From contig RDEW01000016.1 of NCBI GenBank assembly GCA_011109175.1, forward strand, positions 737,592-800,195: DNA of 62,604 bases, read 5' to 3'. Made by a program: the position numbers and the translations under genes. A model generated the notes under the pieces. That model was not told the DNA's origin, made no database searches, and was given only the letters and a program-made list of their open reading frames with translations. The stretch is from Dicyema japonicum. Its lineage: Eukaryota > Animalia > Dicyemida. Positions within the stretch are counted from its first letter, which is position 1. Every line of letters starts with the position of its first letter. Below, one piece after another: positions 44,820 through 57,609 of the stretch.

Positions 44820-45066
44820 TTAGCCGAATGGTGCAGTGTAAAGAGTGTCGGGCAAGAGGCTTGATGGCCCCAGTTCGAACATTCCAGTTGAAGGTTCCAC
44901 ACATCTACTATGCTTTGGCCTAACGAGTGACGCCGTCATCAGTGAATATTTCACTGCCAAAAGAAAAAAAGAAGTGAAGAGCATTCTTTACTTCTCCCTT
45001 TACGATTAGTTATCATAACTGTTCATTACTTGAATAAAGTTTGTGTCCTGTCTGAGCGGAGATATA
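44820..45066 (+). mobile_element. tRNA-derived SINE, copy 3 (tail interrupted by Tigger)
   Basis: AGCCGAATGG A-box-like, CAGTTCGAAC B-box-like, core ACGAGTGACGCCGTCATCAGTG, TACGATTAGTTATCATAACTGTTC. Confidence 0.8.
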
Positions 45067-47900
45067 CAGTGGTGACACGTTTATATGGGACAAAAAAGGG
45101 GTATTTTTAAAAAATCGTCCCATATAATTATTTGTCCCATATAATATTTTAATTATTTTTAATCAACAAATTTATTTCAAATATCTCTAATATCACTTTT
45201 TCCTTTATTAATTGAAGCTTTATTTAATTTGGATTCAAACCTCATCAAATGAACATATAGATCATTATCGTATTCATACACCAAATTTTTAAGAGATCCA
45301 AGTCTAATTCTTATTTCTTTTAAATCTTCATATGAAAACGGTTTATCATTTTGGTCAATTCTTTCTTCAAAGGTTTTTTCGGGATTGAAAATTATTCATT
45401 CATTCACATTTTCAGATTCATATTCCGAAGGTTCATTGAATTCAATATCTTCTAACATTATATTGTCAGGATTTACTTCTTCATAGTAAAAACCAGCTTT
45501 TTTAACAATTAATAACAGTGTCTTTAGAAATTAACTTTACGGCTTCTTTAATCCAAAATATTCTATCAATTTTATAGATTTAAATTTAACTTTTTCACAT
45601 TCCCAAAGATTAATTAAATTCTGTTGAAGTTGAGCTTTGTATTTACTTTTAATTACTTTAATAATTCCCATATCTGAAGGTTGAATTACTGAATGGTATT
45701 TGGAGGAATGGAATTAAATTTGATATTACTTGGCTCTTCAATATTATGACCGCTAAAATTGTCCATTAACAAAAGAATGTGTCGATTTTCTTTAATAAAA
45801 TTATTATTCAGTTCATTAATATATAGTGAGAAAATGTCTTTCGTTAACCAAGCAGTCTTAATTGCTACATATTTAATATTGTTCGCTTTAAGATCATATT
45901 GCTTAAAGCACCGAGGATCTTTACTTTTACCAATAAATAATGCAAATTTCTCCATTCATTGAACAACAAAACAATGCTGTAATTTTTTCACTGTCTTTTT
46001 TCATTGCATTTGATGACTGTAGTACATACGAATAGCTGTGTTGCCCTCTCAAATAAATGCATGTTTCATCACAGTTATAAATATTTTCTGGAAAATAAGC
46101 ACGATTTAAACAAAATTATTCTGCAAATATCAATGCAGATTCATAATCAGCACTTGCAACTTCTCCAGATAACCGTTTATATTTCATATTATGACATTTG
46201 AATGATGAAAACCACTGTTTTCCACCCTTGAATGAATTATCATCATGTTCTTGCGCATATTTAAGTGCGAGTACTTTAATGTTAGAATAACTTAGAGCCA
46301 CATTCTGCGATCTTAATTTTGAAATGGCCCCAATCAAATACTCGTTCAAAAAACCAAATCTTTGAATATATTTTGTCCGGATAACGTGTTTGTTATCGAA
46401 ATTTGTATATTTATTTAAATTCTTAGCTATTCTTCCCACGACTATTTTGTTAGTTCCGTATCGTTGGGCAATTACTCTATAAGAACTTTTTTGTTCTATG
46501 ATTTCCTCAGCAATCTTGTTTTTGGTATTAAAATCAAGTTCATTTCTCTTTTTTATTTTATTTATTTTAATAACCCCGGGAACACCGAGAAAGAAAGACA
46601 AAAGAGTCAAACAGTTAGGTGATCCCAGTCCTCGCAATCACTTGTGCCATTCGACGTCTGTGATCTTCCATCGTCCCCACTACTTTCCGGAAGAGCCTTC
46701 TCTCGGTCTTGCAGAGGAATCCGATCGGGGAGGGGAATTTCTTATCCAATCGGTTTTCTCTTGCCATGGGAAGGATCAGGCGAAGCGGATTTCCATCTTC
46801 TTCACAGACGCGAAGAAATCCGGAGCCACGACTACGGATCTTAGCTTCCATGAGTAGTGGGTCGACTGTTGATCCATTACTTGGGCAAAGCATACTGATT
46901 GTTTTCCGGTAAATCGAGTTGATTCTTTGGACCATAGATTCCGATAGCCCGAATCTCCATGCAATGGAGGCATACTCAATGGCAGGCGCGATTGTTTGTT
47001 GGTAGAGGGTAGAAACGGAAAAGTCCATGTTCCTCGTGGTCCTCCGAACAAGGGCGCGTATAACGTTAACTTTCTGGAGGCCCCTGGTGATCATGTCTGT
47101 TGCGTGGAAGTTGAAATTAAGAAGGCTGTCGTACTTGACTCCAAGGACAGTGGGGGACCTTGTCACTGGAATCCGAGTGGGACCAATGAAAAGACTCGGT
47201 TCATCCTTGGAACGACGGTCCGACGTAATGTGGAACAGATCGTTAGTCGATTGCCAACAATCCAATCGTGGAGAGTGTTTAATTTTGTCTGAGTTTTAAG
47301 GGATGCGACTTGCGTCGAGCGGTTCCGTATTGCAATGACTACATCGTCTGCGTAGGATAATAGCAGGGAATCTTCGTCTCCATCATTAGGTAGGTCGTGT
47401 AGGAATAGGTTGAATAGAATTGGTTAAAGTGGAGACCCCTGGGGTACCCCGTTCGGTAGTAATCGTGATCTAGATCTGAGATCACCACTGACTACTCTTC
47501 CACGTCTTTTAGACAAAAAGTTGGCCAGCCATAATTTTACATTCGGATGAATATTAGTAGAAAATATTTTTCCAACCAGGATTTTCCTCGAAACAGTTTC
47601 AAAGGCTTTGTTGATGTCAATAGAAACCAAGATTGTGCGTTTGTGAGGCGGAGGATGGGTGTTAAAACCGTCGGCTCTTGTTTGACGTCACAAGGTTAAT
47701 AACAAAAAATATTGATTTAATTCTTTAAAAATTGTCCCATATATATTAGCAATATATTTAAAATTGTTAAATAATTTATATAAATTTACTACAAAAAATG
47801 CAAATATCGACAATTGTTAATAAATTGGTTAAAATGTCCCATTTATACATTTTGTCCCTTCCCATATAATTTTTTGTCCCATATAAATGTGTCACCAATG
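45067..47900 (-). mobile_element. pogo/Tigger DNA transposon with TIRs and TA TSD, interrupted by a LINE
   Basis: CAGTGGTGACACGTTTATATGGGACAAAAAA and TTTTTTGTCCCATATAAATGTGTCACCAATG; TA at 45065-45066 and 47901-47902; HTH (KRNELDFNTKNKI), FKGGKQWFSSFK, LLLMDNFSGH. Confidence 0.93.
46550..47675 (-). mobile_element. Ingi/Vingi-like LINE (family B), 5'-truncated
   Basis: IDINKAFETV, NGVPQGSPL, SYADD, VLGVKYDSLLNF; the ORF ends RTGIT*; hairpin 46578-46626; candidate TSD AAGAG (minus-strand sense). Confidence 0.9.
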
Positions 47901-49221
47901 TAGATATTGCTCTGCGTAAAAGAGGAGTTTTTTAAATTTAATTGGTGGCCTGTTTTTCATTGGAAACATACTTTGGTATTATCGGATCCACCAAATGAAC
48001 TACAGCCTCGAAGGATAAATTGTGAGAAACTAGTTGATAACAACATTACGTATTCAGAATTCAACTATCTCATAAAGAGAAATCACAGTAATATAGATAA
48101 GAGCTACTAATCAAAGCTTTTTATGACAACAAATCCAAAGTGATAAAAATGACCGAAAAAAATGCTAGGAATTTGCAAAAAACAAAAGATAATCGAAAAA
48201 CTATCATCCCAACTAAAGGATTGACAAATCTAAATCAAGAGCACTGAAAATACAAAGAAACTTTATTTTAAATAAAGATGCTACAAAAAGTCACAACACG
48301 GAAAAGGACATTAAAAGTCCTATGAGAAATAAAAAAATATAAAAATGGCACTATATTGTTCAAAATCAGCATCAATAATGGAAAACTACGAAATGACATA
48401 ACAACAAGGGAATGCAGTCATTAGGAGCAGAAAAATTGAACTGATATCCCAAAATTTATACAATCAATTCAATAAATACAAATTTTTAGATAACTGAGAA
48501 AGATACCAACTTACCTAGAAAGGCCTATCGTTATTGAAGAAAGTAAGAAGGTAAACCTTAGAAAATCTACAGTTCCGGATAATCTTGGATAATTCTGGGA
48601 AACAAAAAGCTTTCTAAATAAGCAAGGCCAATAATCCTCTTGACTATGGATGAATTCAAGATTACTTTTCTGTGAAAATTTAGGAACATTGAATCTCTTT
48701 CGTACAACATATGATGTCCTTTATTTTTGCCTGTTTTATTATCTTGAAGTCGACCTGAAAGAATCCAGAATAATACTAATACTCTCGGAAATAACATATG
48801 CAACATGTTATGCACACAATTCATTTGTATAAGCAGTCTGTGAATGAAATAAAGAACGGATTTTAAATCACAATTATGAGCATTAGTGTGATGACAGGTT
48901 TTAAATCAATTCCAGTAATTTCTGGCGGTCCTGGGAACTTATTTCGAGGGCAATCGTGAGTTAAGGCATGATTGAAAATTTCAGTTAGTAATGACAATAA
49001 AGTCTCTGATGGAGATAGCATGTAATAATATACTTGCCAAAGTGAATACTAATGTAATTTAACGAAATAATTCTCAATATATTAATTATATGACGGAATA
49101 ATAAATAATAGCACTAATTATGATAATTAACTAAAACATTGAATTTACCCTAACAAACTGTGACGTTAATTATCGGTTAATAAAAAATATATAAAAATGT
49201 GATTCGTATTGAATACGTGTA

Positions 49222-50482
49222 ATGAATAAAACAAGTCATGCAGACAAGATGCTTCATTTTGTTAAAAAAAGTTATTTTCAGTATTATTTACAAGTTCCCA
49301 CGTGGGGAATTGTTCTATTTTCGGGGATTGGAGTAATTATTGTTCTCTTTATAATATGGTGGATTTTAAGAAAATTGTTTGGAAAGAAAAGACCGAAAAA
49401 GCAAGGGAAAGTAAAAAAACTGAATTTCTTTGAATCCTTAGGTTTTTCTCAAGTTAACTTGTAATAAATATTTAAGAATGATGAAGAACTACAAATTTTG
49501 ACAGAAGCGGTAGAAGTGGTTGATGATAAAACTGAGGATAACGTGGAAAGTAATGAATACATAGGAAAATTGAATTTTTCATTGGATTATAATGTTGAAA
49601 ACTCTGAGGTGAATATAATTTGTTATAATAGTTAAATGTAGGAGTCTTAGCTGTTGAGGAAATCCCAGGAATGGATTTAAGTGGAACTTCAGATCCTTAT
49701 GTTAAACTATACATGATGCCTGATAAAAAGAAGAAATTTGAGACTAAAGTCCATAGAAAGACCCTAAATGCTGTTTTTAATGAATATTTTATTTTTAAAG
49801 TATATTATTATTATTATTAGATATCTTATAATGAATTGGGAAATCAAACATTAGTATTATGTGTTTACGATTATGACAGATTTTCAAAGCATGATAAAAT
49901 TGGACAAGTTTTTTTGCCTTTAAATTCTATTGATTTGAGTGTTTTACTGAATGAGTGGAGAAATTTAGTCCCAATAGATAAAACAGTTTATTTGTAATTA
50001 TGAATAGGAAAAACTTGGGGAAATTTGTTTTTCTATTAGATATGTCCCTACAACAGGAAAATTTACAATAGTTGTACTGGAAGCCAAGAATCTTAAGAAA
50101 ATGGATGTTACTGGACTGTCTGATCCTTATGTTAAGATTGGAATAATTTCTAATGGTAAAAGAATAAAAAAGAAAAAGACTACCATCAAGAAATGCACAC
50201 TAAATCCATACTATAATGAGTCATTTACATTTGAGATTCCTTTAGAGGAAATTCAAGTAATGATAATATTTATTATAGAAAATATCAGTTTGTATTACAG
50301 TGGTCGATTATGATAGAATTGGTAATTCTGATCCTATTGGAAAAGTGATTATTGGATCCAGAACAAAAGGAATCCAACAAAGACAATGGAATGATATGCT
50401 AGCTAATCCAAGAAGACCAATTGCTCAATGGCATACATTAGAGGTTACTTTACCTAATTATCACAAGGAATGTGACGATTAA
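49222..50482 (+). CDS. Synaptotagmin (TM-C2A-C2B), Syt1-like
   Basis: TM segment [22 protein letters not shown]; C2[13 protein letters not shown]...[14 protein letters not shown]...[10 protein letters not shown]; C2[16 protein letters not shown]...[10 protein letters not shown]...DYDRIG...[10 protein letters not shown]. The start is tentative. Confidence 0.92.
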
Positions 50483-50519
50483 TACATTTACGTCATTAAT
50501 TAATAACTATTACTAAAAT

Positions 50520-50845
50520 TAGATTTTTTCATTTTTTGGAAATACCCATACAGTCCTCCCCAAAAGCATTCGATATTCGCCATATTCGCCGGGGCAGCGA
50601 GATCCATACGGAGGATGTGTCCAAACAGTTTCCATCGGGCCTCAGTGATTTCCAGGCTTAGAGCATTTGAGATCCTGATGGATTTGCAGTTGTGGAAACC
50701 CCTCCAGTTGAGTGAGGGAGAGCAAATTATCCTTTTTCGTGCCAGCCAGGCATTGGGCGCCACCTAGACAGGTGGATCACATGACGCGAGAGAAAAGGAA
50801 CAGACAAACAAACAGAAAACTTCAACCAATTAGCCACGCATCACC
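50520..50845 (-). mobile_element. Leader/pseudoknot segment (shared with 4220-4381) joined to an RTE 3' fragment
   Basis: 50686-50845 matches 4220-4381; downstream on the minus strand it reads EARWKLFGHILRMD. Confidence 0.75.
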
Positions 50846-50859
50846 ACATGTCGCCACCG

Positions 50860-51480
50860 TCTCTATAAATTTTACACGCAATAATGCCACAAGTTCTTGT
50901 CTAAGGAAGCCTCGAGACACATAACGAACAAACAGAGACACCTAAGGATAACATTAAAAAATCCTGTGCAATGTCATTTATATCACATAATTCATCTATT
51001 GCCATCGAAATCGAATTAGCCAACTTCAGGTCAGTAACTTGTTGAATAGTTACATTCGAAGACATTTTTATGTCTGCTACTATTTTTGCAGGTATATTCA
51101 TTATTTTATCCACAATTTCTGTCTTATTTGAAAAAAATTGTGAAACAGTTCTTCACATATTTTAATAAAACATGAATTGATAAATTCATCATCAGTAAAA
51201 GGTTTTCCCCGTTTTGCGATCTCGTGACTAATAAAAAAACTAACAATATTTGCACTCCTAGTAGACTGTTGCAAATATTTAAAAACTTAACCTCAATCTG
51301 AATATTTTTTTCAAGTTTTTCCACAGCTTTCTTTCGTGAGTCACTAATTAGATATTTAATTGCTTCGTGAGTCAATAATGCCTCTCCAAATTTGATTTTT
51401 TTTATTTTGATTCAGAATTCCCTGACAAATGAGGAATTTTGGTAGTTGCTTTGAGTTAAAAGTGAATGCGTAAGATTCAC
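50860..51480 (-). mobile_element. hAT (GTF2IRD2/SPIN-like) transposase remnant
   Basis: SHEIAKRGKPFTDDEFI; SMAIDELCDINDIAQ|VSLFVRYV...QEL across a 22-nt intron-like insert (50942-50963). Confidence 0.75.
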
Positions 51481-51491
51481 TCCATTCAGAT

Positions 51492-51786
51492 CAGTTGTTC
51501 TCAGCCTGTTTGAACTGCGGGCCAAATCAATAATTAACAATTGATTCGCAGGCCGCAAAATTTTTTTAAAAGAAAATTAAACTTTAATAAACTAAAATTA
51601 ATGTGAGAATTTAATCTGCTTTCCATCTACTATTATTTAAAAACAAGGAATTAGTTTTGATGATGAAGTATGTAAGATTTGCATAAAATGTTCATCAGTT
51701 AATTGGTTGCGAAAGTTGGTTTTGATCATATTTTTATATGTAATATTTTTTTATAATTTCAAGCGGTCCGCTGTTGAGAACCACTG
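51492..51786. mobile_element. hAT MITE (295 bp) with 8-bp TSD
   Basis: TIRs CAGTTGTTCTCA and TGAGAACCACTG; ATTCAGAT at 51484-51491 and 51787-51794. Confidence 0.93.
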
Positions 51787-52079
51787 ATTCAGATTGAAAA
51801 TGTCGTGTATTATCAATTTTTTTTATTAATTCTTTTATTGTTGGGCATATATCAATTTACAATCAGAATTTAATGTTAAAAAAAATTAATTTAAAAAAAT
51901 AAAAAAGTCACCTTTTGCCGACACAAATTTACGACTAAATATGTAAAATTTTAAAAAAATTTACAAAAATCATATCATAAAGTTTATTATTATTTAAAGA
52001 ACAATTAATTATAACACAAAAACTAACAGTTAGAAACTGCTGGCTGCTCTTATAATTAAAAACGCATTTCCCTTACGAT

Positions 52080-52900
52080 TTTCAAGGAAATGCTTTCAAT
52101 AAGCCGACTCCTTTCTCTACTATCGTTTTTATTCTTCGCGTTGAGCGAGCCGATCCTGTTTAGCAGCGTCAGTGACCTGCTTCCAATTATTCCTGTCGTT
52201 TCGACAGCCACTGGTTCGAAGATGAATTGTCCTCCAACATATATAAAAACAAATAAATGAGTATAAAAATAACAAAATGAAAGAGCCTACTTTTAGACTT
52301 AAAGAGTCACCAAAGGCTCGCGAGCCAGCTTTTTCCGACCCCAGGTCTGTAGGATTGGGAGATGAACTTCAGGACTCTCATTTTCAGATGTTCTCCAATT
52401 GGGAGAATCTTAAATTCCCAATGTAGATGATCAACCTGAGACATCAGTAATTGTCCAGAGCGCGACGTCTTGTACTTTTTGTAGTTTGTCAATAGAAGTA
52501 AGAGAGGTAGAGGTTGATCAGCAAGTACTTACATAGTTAATAGTTGTTCGAATGAATTGTTTATATATGATGGTTAAAGCTTCTTTGCTTTGGGTGAAGG
52601 AATGGCCTGACACAGCTTTAAGTATGTTGATCTTGCGAGAAGCCTTTGTACATTGTTTCTCCACATGTTTCGAGAAAGTTATTAGTTGGTCATAAATAAC
52701 TCAAAGTATTTTGGGATGTTTCGTAATGGGGAGTGTTTGTCCATGAATTGTTAAAATTGGTTGAAAATTTAGTTGGCGGTGGTTGGACGTGAATAAAGTG
52801 ACAGTGGATTTCGATGGAGAAAAGGATAGGTGGTTTGCTTCAAGCCGCATGCACCACAAGGCAACTCGAAGCCACAGTAGGATTAGATCGGCTATTATCA
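52080..52900 (-). mobile_element. Decayed LINE fragments (Vingi-like RT C-terminus and an RTE-like 3' end)
   Basis: LSFSPSKSTVTLFT...TKHPKIL; HLHWEFKILPIGEHL. Confidence 0.7.
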
Positions 52901-52976
52901 TTAAAAATATTTAATAAAACATATAAAATAGCTATTTTGTATTAAAAAATATAATATATATTAACGCTTATTAGTG

Positions 52977-55280
52977 ATGGGATTCCAAAATTTTGTTGTA
53001 GCTGAAAAAAGAAAATCATTTTTATTATGTGGTATTCTCATCCTCATTTGCATTATTGGTGTTATCACAAGACTTCATTCTATACTTAAATTTGAGAGTA
53101 TCATCCATGAATTTGATCCATGGTTGTCCTATTTTTTTTATTTAAGGTTTAACTACCGTGCCACAAAGATAATGACAGAAAATGACTTTTATGACTTTAT
53201 TAACTGGTTTGACGAAAATGCGTGGTATCCCCTTGGTAGAGATGTTGGTGGGACTGTCTATCCTGGTATTATGGTTACTTCATCTTTTCTTCATTGGCTT
53301 GCAAGATCACTAAAACTACCAATTCATATTAAAGACGTTTGTGTGTTTCTTCCATCCCTTTATAGGTATTACAGTTTGTCACTCTTAGTGGGTTTATGTC
53401 TCTTACTGTGTTTTTACTTACTTCAGAAGTATGGACAACCTCAGCAGGTCTCATTGCCGCCTTTTTTGTTAGTATAGGTTATATATTAATTATATTATAT
53501 AGTTCCTGGTTATGTTTCCAGATCTATTGCTGGTAGTTATGATTATGAATCGATTTCTATTTTCATTTTAATGTTCACATTTTACTTGTGGTCTAAGGCT
53601 ATTAAGACTGGTTCTCTCTTTTGGTCTGTTCTTACTGCTTTCTTTTATTTTTATGCGGTTTATTTGATTATTACTATAGGTGGCATCATGGGGAGGATAT
53701 ATTTATGTTATTAATGTGATTCCACTACATGTTGTTCTATTAATCTTAAGTGGTAGATATACTACAAAGTTGTTCTGTGGTTATTCTTAACTTTTATTTT
53801 AGCATACACAACATTTTTTGTTCTTGCCATTATTCTCTCAATGCAGATCCCCTTTGTTGGTTTCCTCCCTTTCAAATCAAGTGAACATATGCCATCTCTA
53901 TGTTAGTTTATTTATTTATTATAGTAACCTTCTTGGCTCTCTCTTGATATGCTCTTTTTAATCATGTGGCTTCTACCACTAATTCCAATCTAGCATTCAA
54001 ATTTATTGTATTTTCCCTCTCATTCGGTGTCATCTTCTCTCTTCTTATCCTTATTGTGTTATCATTGCGGGGGTTATTTCTCCTTGGACTGGTAGATTAT
54101 ATTCATTGTTTGACACATCAAATGCTTCCATTCATATTCCAATAATAAGTTCTGTGGCAGAACATCAAATCAGTTCATGGACTAGATATTTTCTTGATCT
54201 TCATTTCCTTCCTGGAATTTTTCCTCTTGGAATTTGGCTTAGTTTTTCTAAATTTTCTGATCAAATGTTACTAAGTTGGTGTTATTAATGATTATAGTTA
54301 TTTTATTGGGTATCACTAGTGCATACTTCTCGGGAATTATGGTTAGGCTGATTATTGTCATGTCTCCGATTATATGTATTTTCTCATCATTTGCCATGGA
54401 CAGAGTTTTGAGATCAATCTCAAAGTCATACAAGACTGAGAAAACAGTCTCCCACCTTATGTGTTTTACTGGAATAACAGCTGTGATTGCCCTTTTTGTA
54501 GTCTATAGCACATGGGGAAGTTTGGCTATGTATTCGTCCAATTCTATTATTTTAGAAAGTTACTCAAATAATGGGTTTATTTCGTAATTATTAAAGTGAT
54601 CGTAATATTATTGATGACTACAGGGAGGCATATTATTGGTTAAACAGAAATACTAAAAGGGATGCTAAGGTTATGTCTTGGTGGGACTATGGATATCAAA
54701 TTACTGGATTCTCTAACAGAACTACACTTGTTGACAATAATACATGGAATAACACTCATATTGCTATTGTACTCACTATACTTTACTATAGGTTGGTAAA
54801 ATTATGGCTTCTAATGAATCACGTGCTTATCAATTACTTAGGGAATTTGATGTAGACTATGTTCTTGTTATTTTTGGAGGGTTTTTGGGTTATGATGCTG
54901 ATGACATTGCAAAGTTTTTATGGATGGTCAAAATATCGGAAGGGGAGTTTCCAAATGAGATTCAAGTATTAATCATTGTTATTTCCAGGAAAGTCAGTAT
55001 TATTCATTATCTGGAGTATATGATATTGGTGGTGGTGTATCAAAGACTATGAGGGAGTGTTTGATGTATAAACTAGCATATTACAAATTCTATAATAAAA
55101 TGGTTAGCTTTGTTTATAACATAGACTAATGGGTTTGATAGGTCAAGAAATAGCATTATTGGACACAAAGTTGATAAACTACACTATTTGGACGAAGCAT
55201 TTACTAGTACTAATTGGATTGTTAGAATTTACCGTGTCAAGGCATCTCCCAATATCAACAAATTGACTAGGGAGGTTTGA
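52977..55280 (+). CDS. STT3: Oligosaccharyltransferase catalytic subunit STT3
   Basis: [10 protein letters not shown]|[48 protein letters not shown] (WWDYG motif), [10 protein letters not shown]; many 20-25 nt introns. The A/B paralog is unresolved. Confidence 0.96.
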
Positions 55281-55869
55281 CATTTGATTTTATGGGGTTT
55301 TTTGATTATGGTCTTCCGTTTACCATTTCTCTTTTGCGTTTAAAAAAACTAGGCCATCTTGAAGCACTGTATAGTTTTGATATGGATAATCCTTTATTAA
55401 GGAGGATTCTTGATGTTGTCTTTTAAGCCGTAGCTGAGAGAACTATGGGTTTAAGAATATCTAGTATTTCTTGTATGACTAAATGCTGGTTGATAATCTT
55501 AATGCCTGACAACATTATCCATATAAATAGCAGAATTCAATTTGTAGATCATGTAGAAATAGGTTAAATAAAAACAAAATTTTTGAAAATCTCCAAAGGC
55601 CAGAAGGCGTATATTTGATTCCACGTTGTTTATTACCTACCCTTGTTTATCGTTTAGGAAGTTTTATATTCATATCAATGTTCGTTTTGAAATTATTTTT
55701 TATTATAGAATTAAACGTCAGTACTTTGAATTGTTGAATGCGGATACGTTCTTAGTCTAAGATAAAATGAAACAATAGGAGGACGACTAGGTAAGTTTAT
55801 ATGGTTTACGGTTAAATGTTTTTTGTACGTAAAGAGTGAGGACCTTTTTAAATTGTTCACATCTCCATT

Positions 55870-56350
55870 CCTATTAATTTTAATAAGATTTAAAGATGAC
55901 TTTTGTACTTAAAGATGTTGAAAACCGAAATTTTTTAATAAATGTCTTTCGGATTCCGGTTATGAAGTTTTGGTTTATTGAAGCATGTTGTATGGAATTC
56001 ACTTGAATGTTGAATATCTTGTTCAAATTCGTTGCAGAATGTTTCGATCCCCAGATATTAAATGCGTATCCTATTGTAGCCTCGATGAACTGTTTGTATA
56101 TGACCTCCAGTCCACTCAGATTTTTATTATCTAATAGGTTTCCAAGAACGCCTACAGGAAGTTGATTTTCCTTGAACAAGTCGATAACATCTTTTCGACA
56201 TGTGTTGTAAAGTTAAAGTGTCAAATGTAACTAGGATTTTCTAGTATTTGTTTTGCGGGATAATCTTCCCGTCAGTTTGACATCAATTGATACTTTCTTT
56301 TGTCTTGTGTTTCTCGTGATTAGGGTCAACAACGAGAGTAGTGCCTGGCT
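55870..56350 (-). mobile_element. LINE RT C-terminal fragment (same family as 25720-26430)
   Basis: 56020-56330 is highly similar to 25960-26280. Confidence 0.88.
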
Positions 56351-56724
56351 CAGATAATTATCATGCATCTCACTTTAACACTACGGTCATTCAGTGCAGA
56401 TGTGGAGGGTCCAGGTGAAAAGTCTTTTTGCTCCTACCTTCTTGAGGAATGCTGGAAAGAGTCCAAAACACGCCGTAAACAACAGAGTTATTGCTTGGAG
56501 AGTTGAGACTGCTGTATTCCTGTCCAAATGGAGCCACTTAGACAGAACTACTCTTTTCGCATCGGAAAGTAATCGATACCTTGCCTGAGACGCCACCTGT
56601 GTGGATAGCCTCTCTCCAACCAACGTTGTTATGACAGCAACAAACACAAGTTTTGTTCCGAGCATGCTGAGACCTGAAATTGAAGATATACGTATGTCTT
56701 GGTGTACAGTTCATTGAGTTAATA

Positions 56725-57020
56725 ATAATAACGGCCTTTTCACGGGAGCCATAATATTTATAGCTCCGCATAGGCAGGTCACACACTTTATTTAAGTAAA
56801 GAACAGTTAATTTTAACTAATCGTATCTTCACTTCTTTTTTCTTTTTATTGTGTGTGGGTCCTTTCTAGACAATCCAGTTCTGCAGTGAGAATCCACTGA
56901 TGACGGCGTCACTCGTAAAACCCTATCTGCATCGTAGATGCGTGGAGCCTTTTACCAGGTGAACAGCAGCGAGAATCGAACCCGTAACCTAAACCACTTT
57001 AGCCCGACACCTAATCACTA
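56725..57020 (-). mobile_element. tRNA-derived SINE, copy 4
   Basis: B box GGGTTCGATTC, shared core, and the 3' part GCCTATGCGGAGCTATAAATATTATGGCTC as in copy 1; TTA tail. Confidence 0.88.
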
Positions 57021-57249
57021 TCGAGAGCGTAAATACGAATCAAATATGAAAACTGCCAGTAGTTGTTAACTGTTAGATTTCGCGTTAAATAATTGTTTTA
57101 GATTAAAAAAAATAGCACGTTATTTATTTAGGCTCAGTTATGTTGTATAGTTTAGATGTCCCTAAAATGTAAATCATATCTATTTAATTTTATTTAAGAC
57201 GATAAACTAAAATTGACCATTTTTTGAAGTATGAAGATATTTTATCTAT

Positions 57250-57560
57250 TTTAGATGAACTCAGTTATCTGATAGCGCGCAATTGAGTGTCTTTAAGAAA
57301 TGGCTTAATTTGGATCTTGTTTCATTGTCAAATAAAACGATTTTTCGACAAATTAAGGAACTATCAAATAATATCAAAAATCAACTAGAAGTGCGTTTGC
57401 ACAATGTTGAAGGAATTGCATTTCAAATTGACGAATCTATAGATTTCGAAGGATCTACTAGTATTCGTAATATTTCTTTTCAATGATATTATTGAAGAAA
57501 TGTGAATAATTGGAGTAAATTGTACGGGCGAAATATATTTAATGCTATTAACAATTATTT
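57250..57560 (+). mobile_element. hAT transposase remnant
   Basis: VSLSNKTIFRQIKELSNNIKNQL...IAFQIDESID. Confidence 0.7.
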
Positions 57561-57609
57561 TTTCTTATACAGAGCAGAAACGTGGCACGTCACACCTCTC
57601 CATAACTTT

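Noticed and set aside
48567-49030. 85-aa minus-strand ORF and upstream region
   Set aside because: No recognisable domain, other frames contain stops, and it cannot be assigned.
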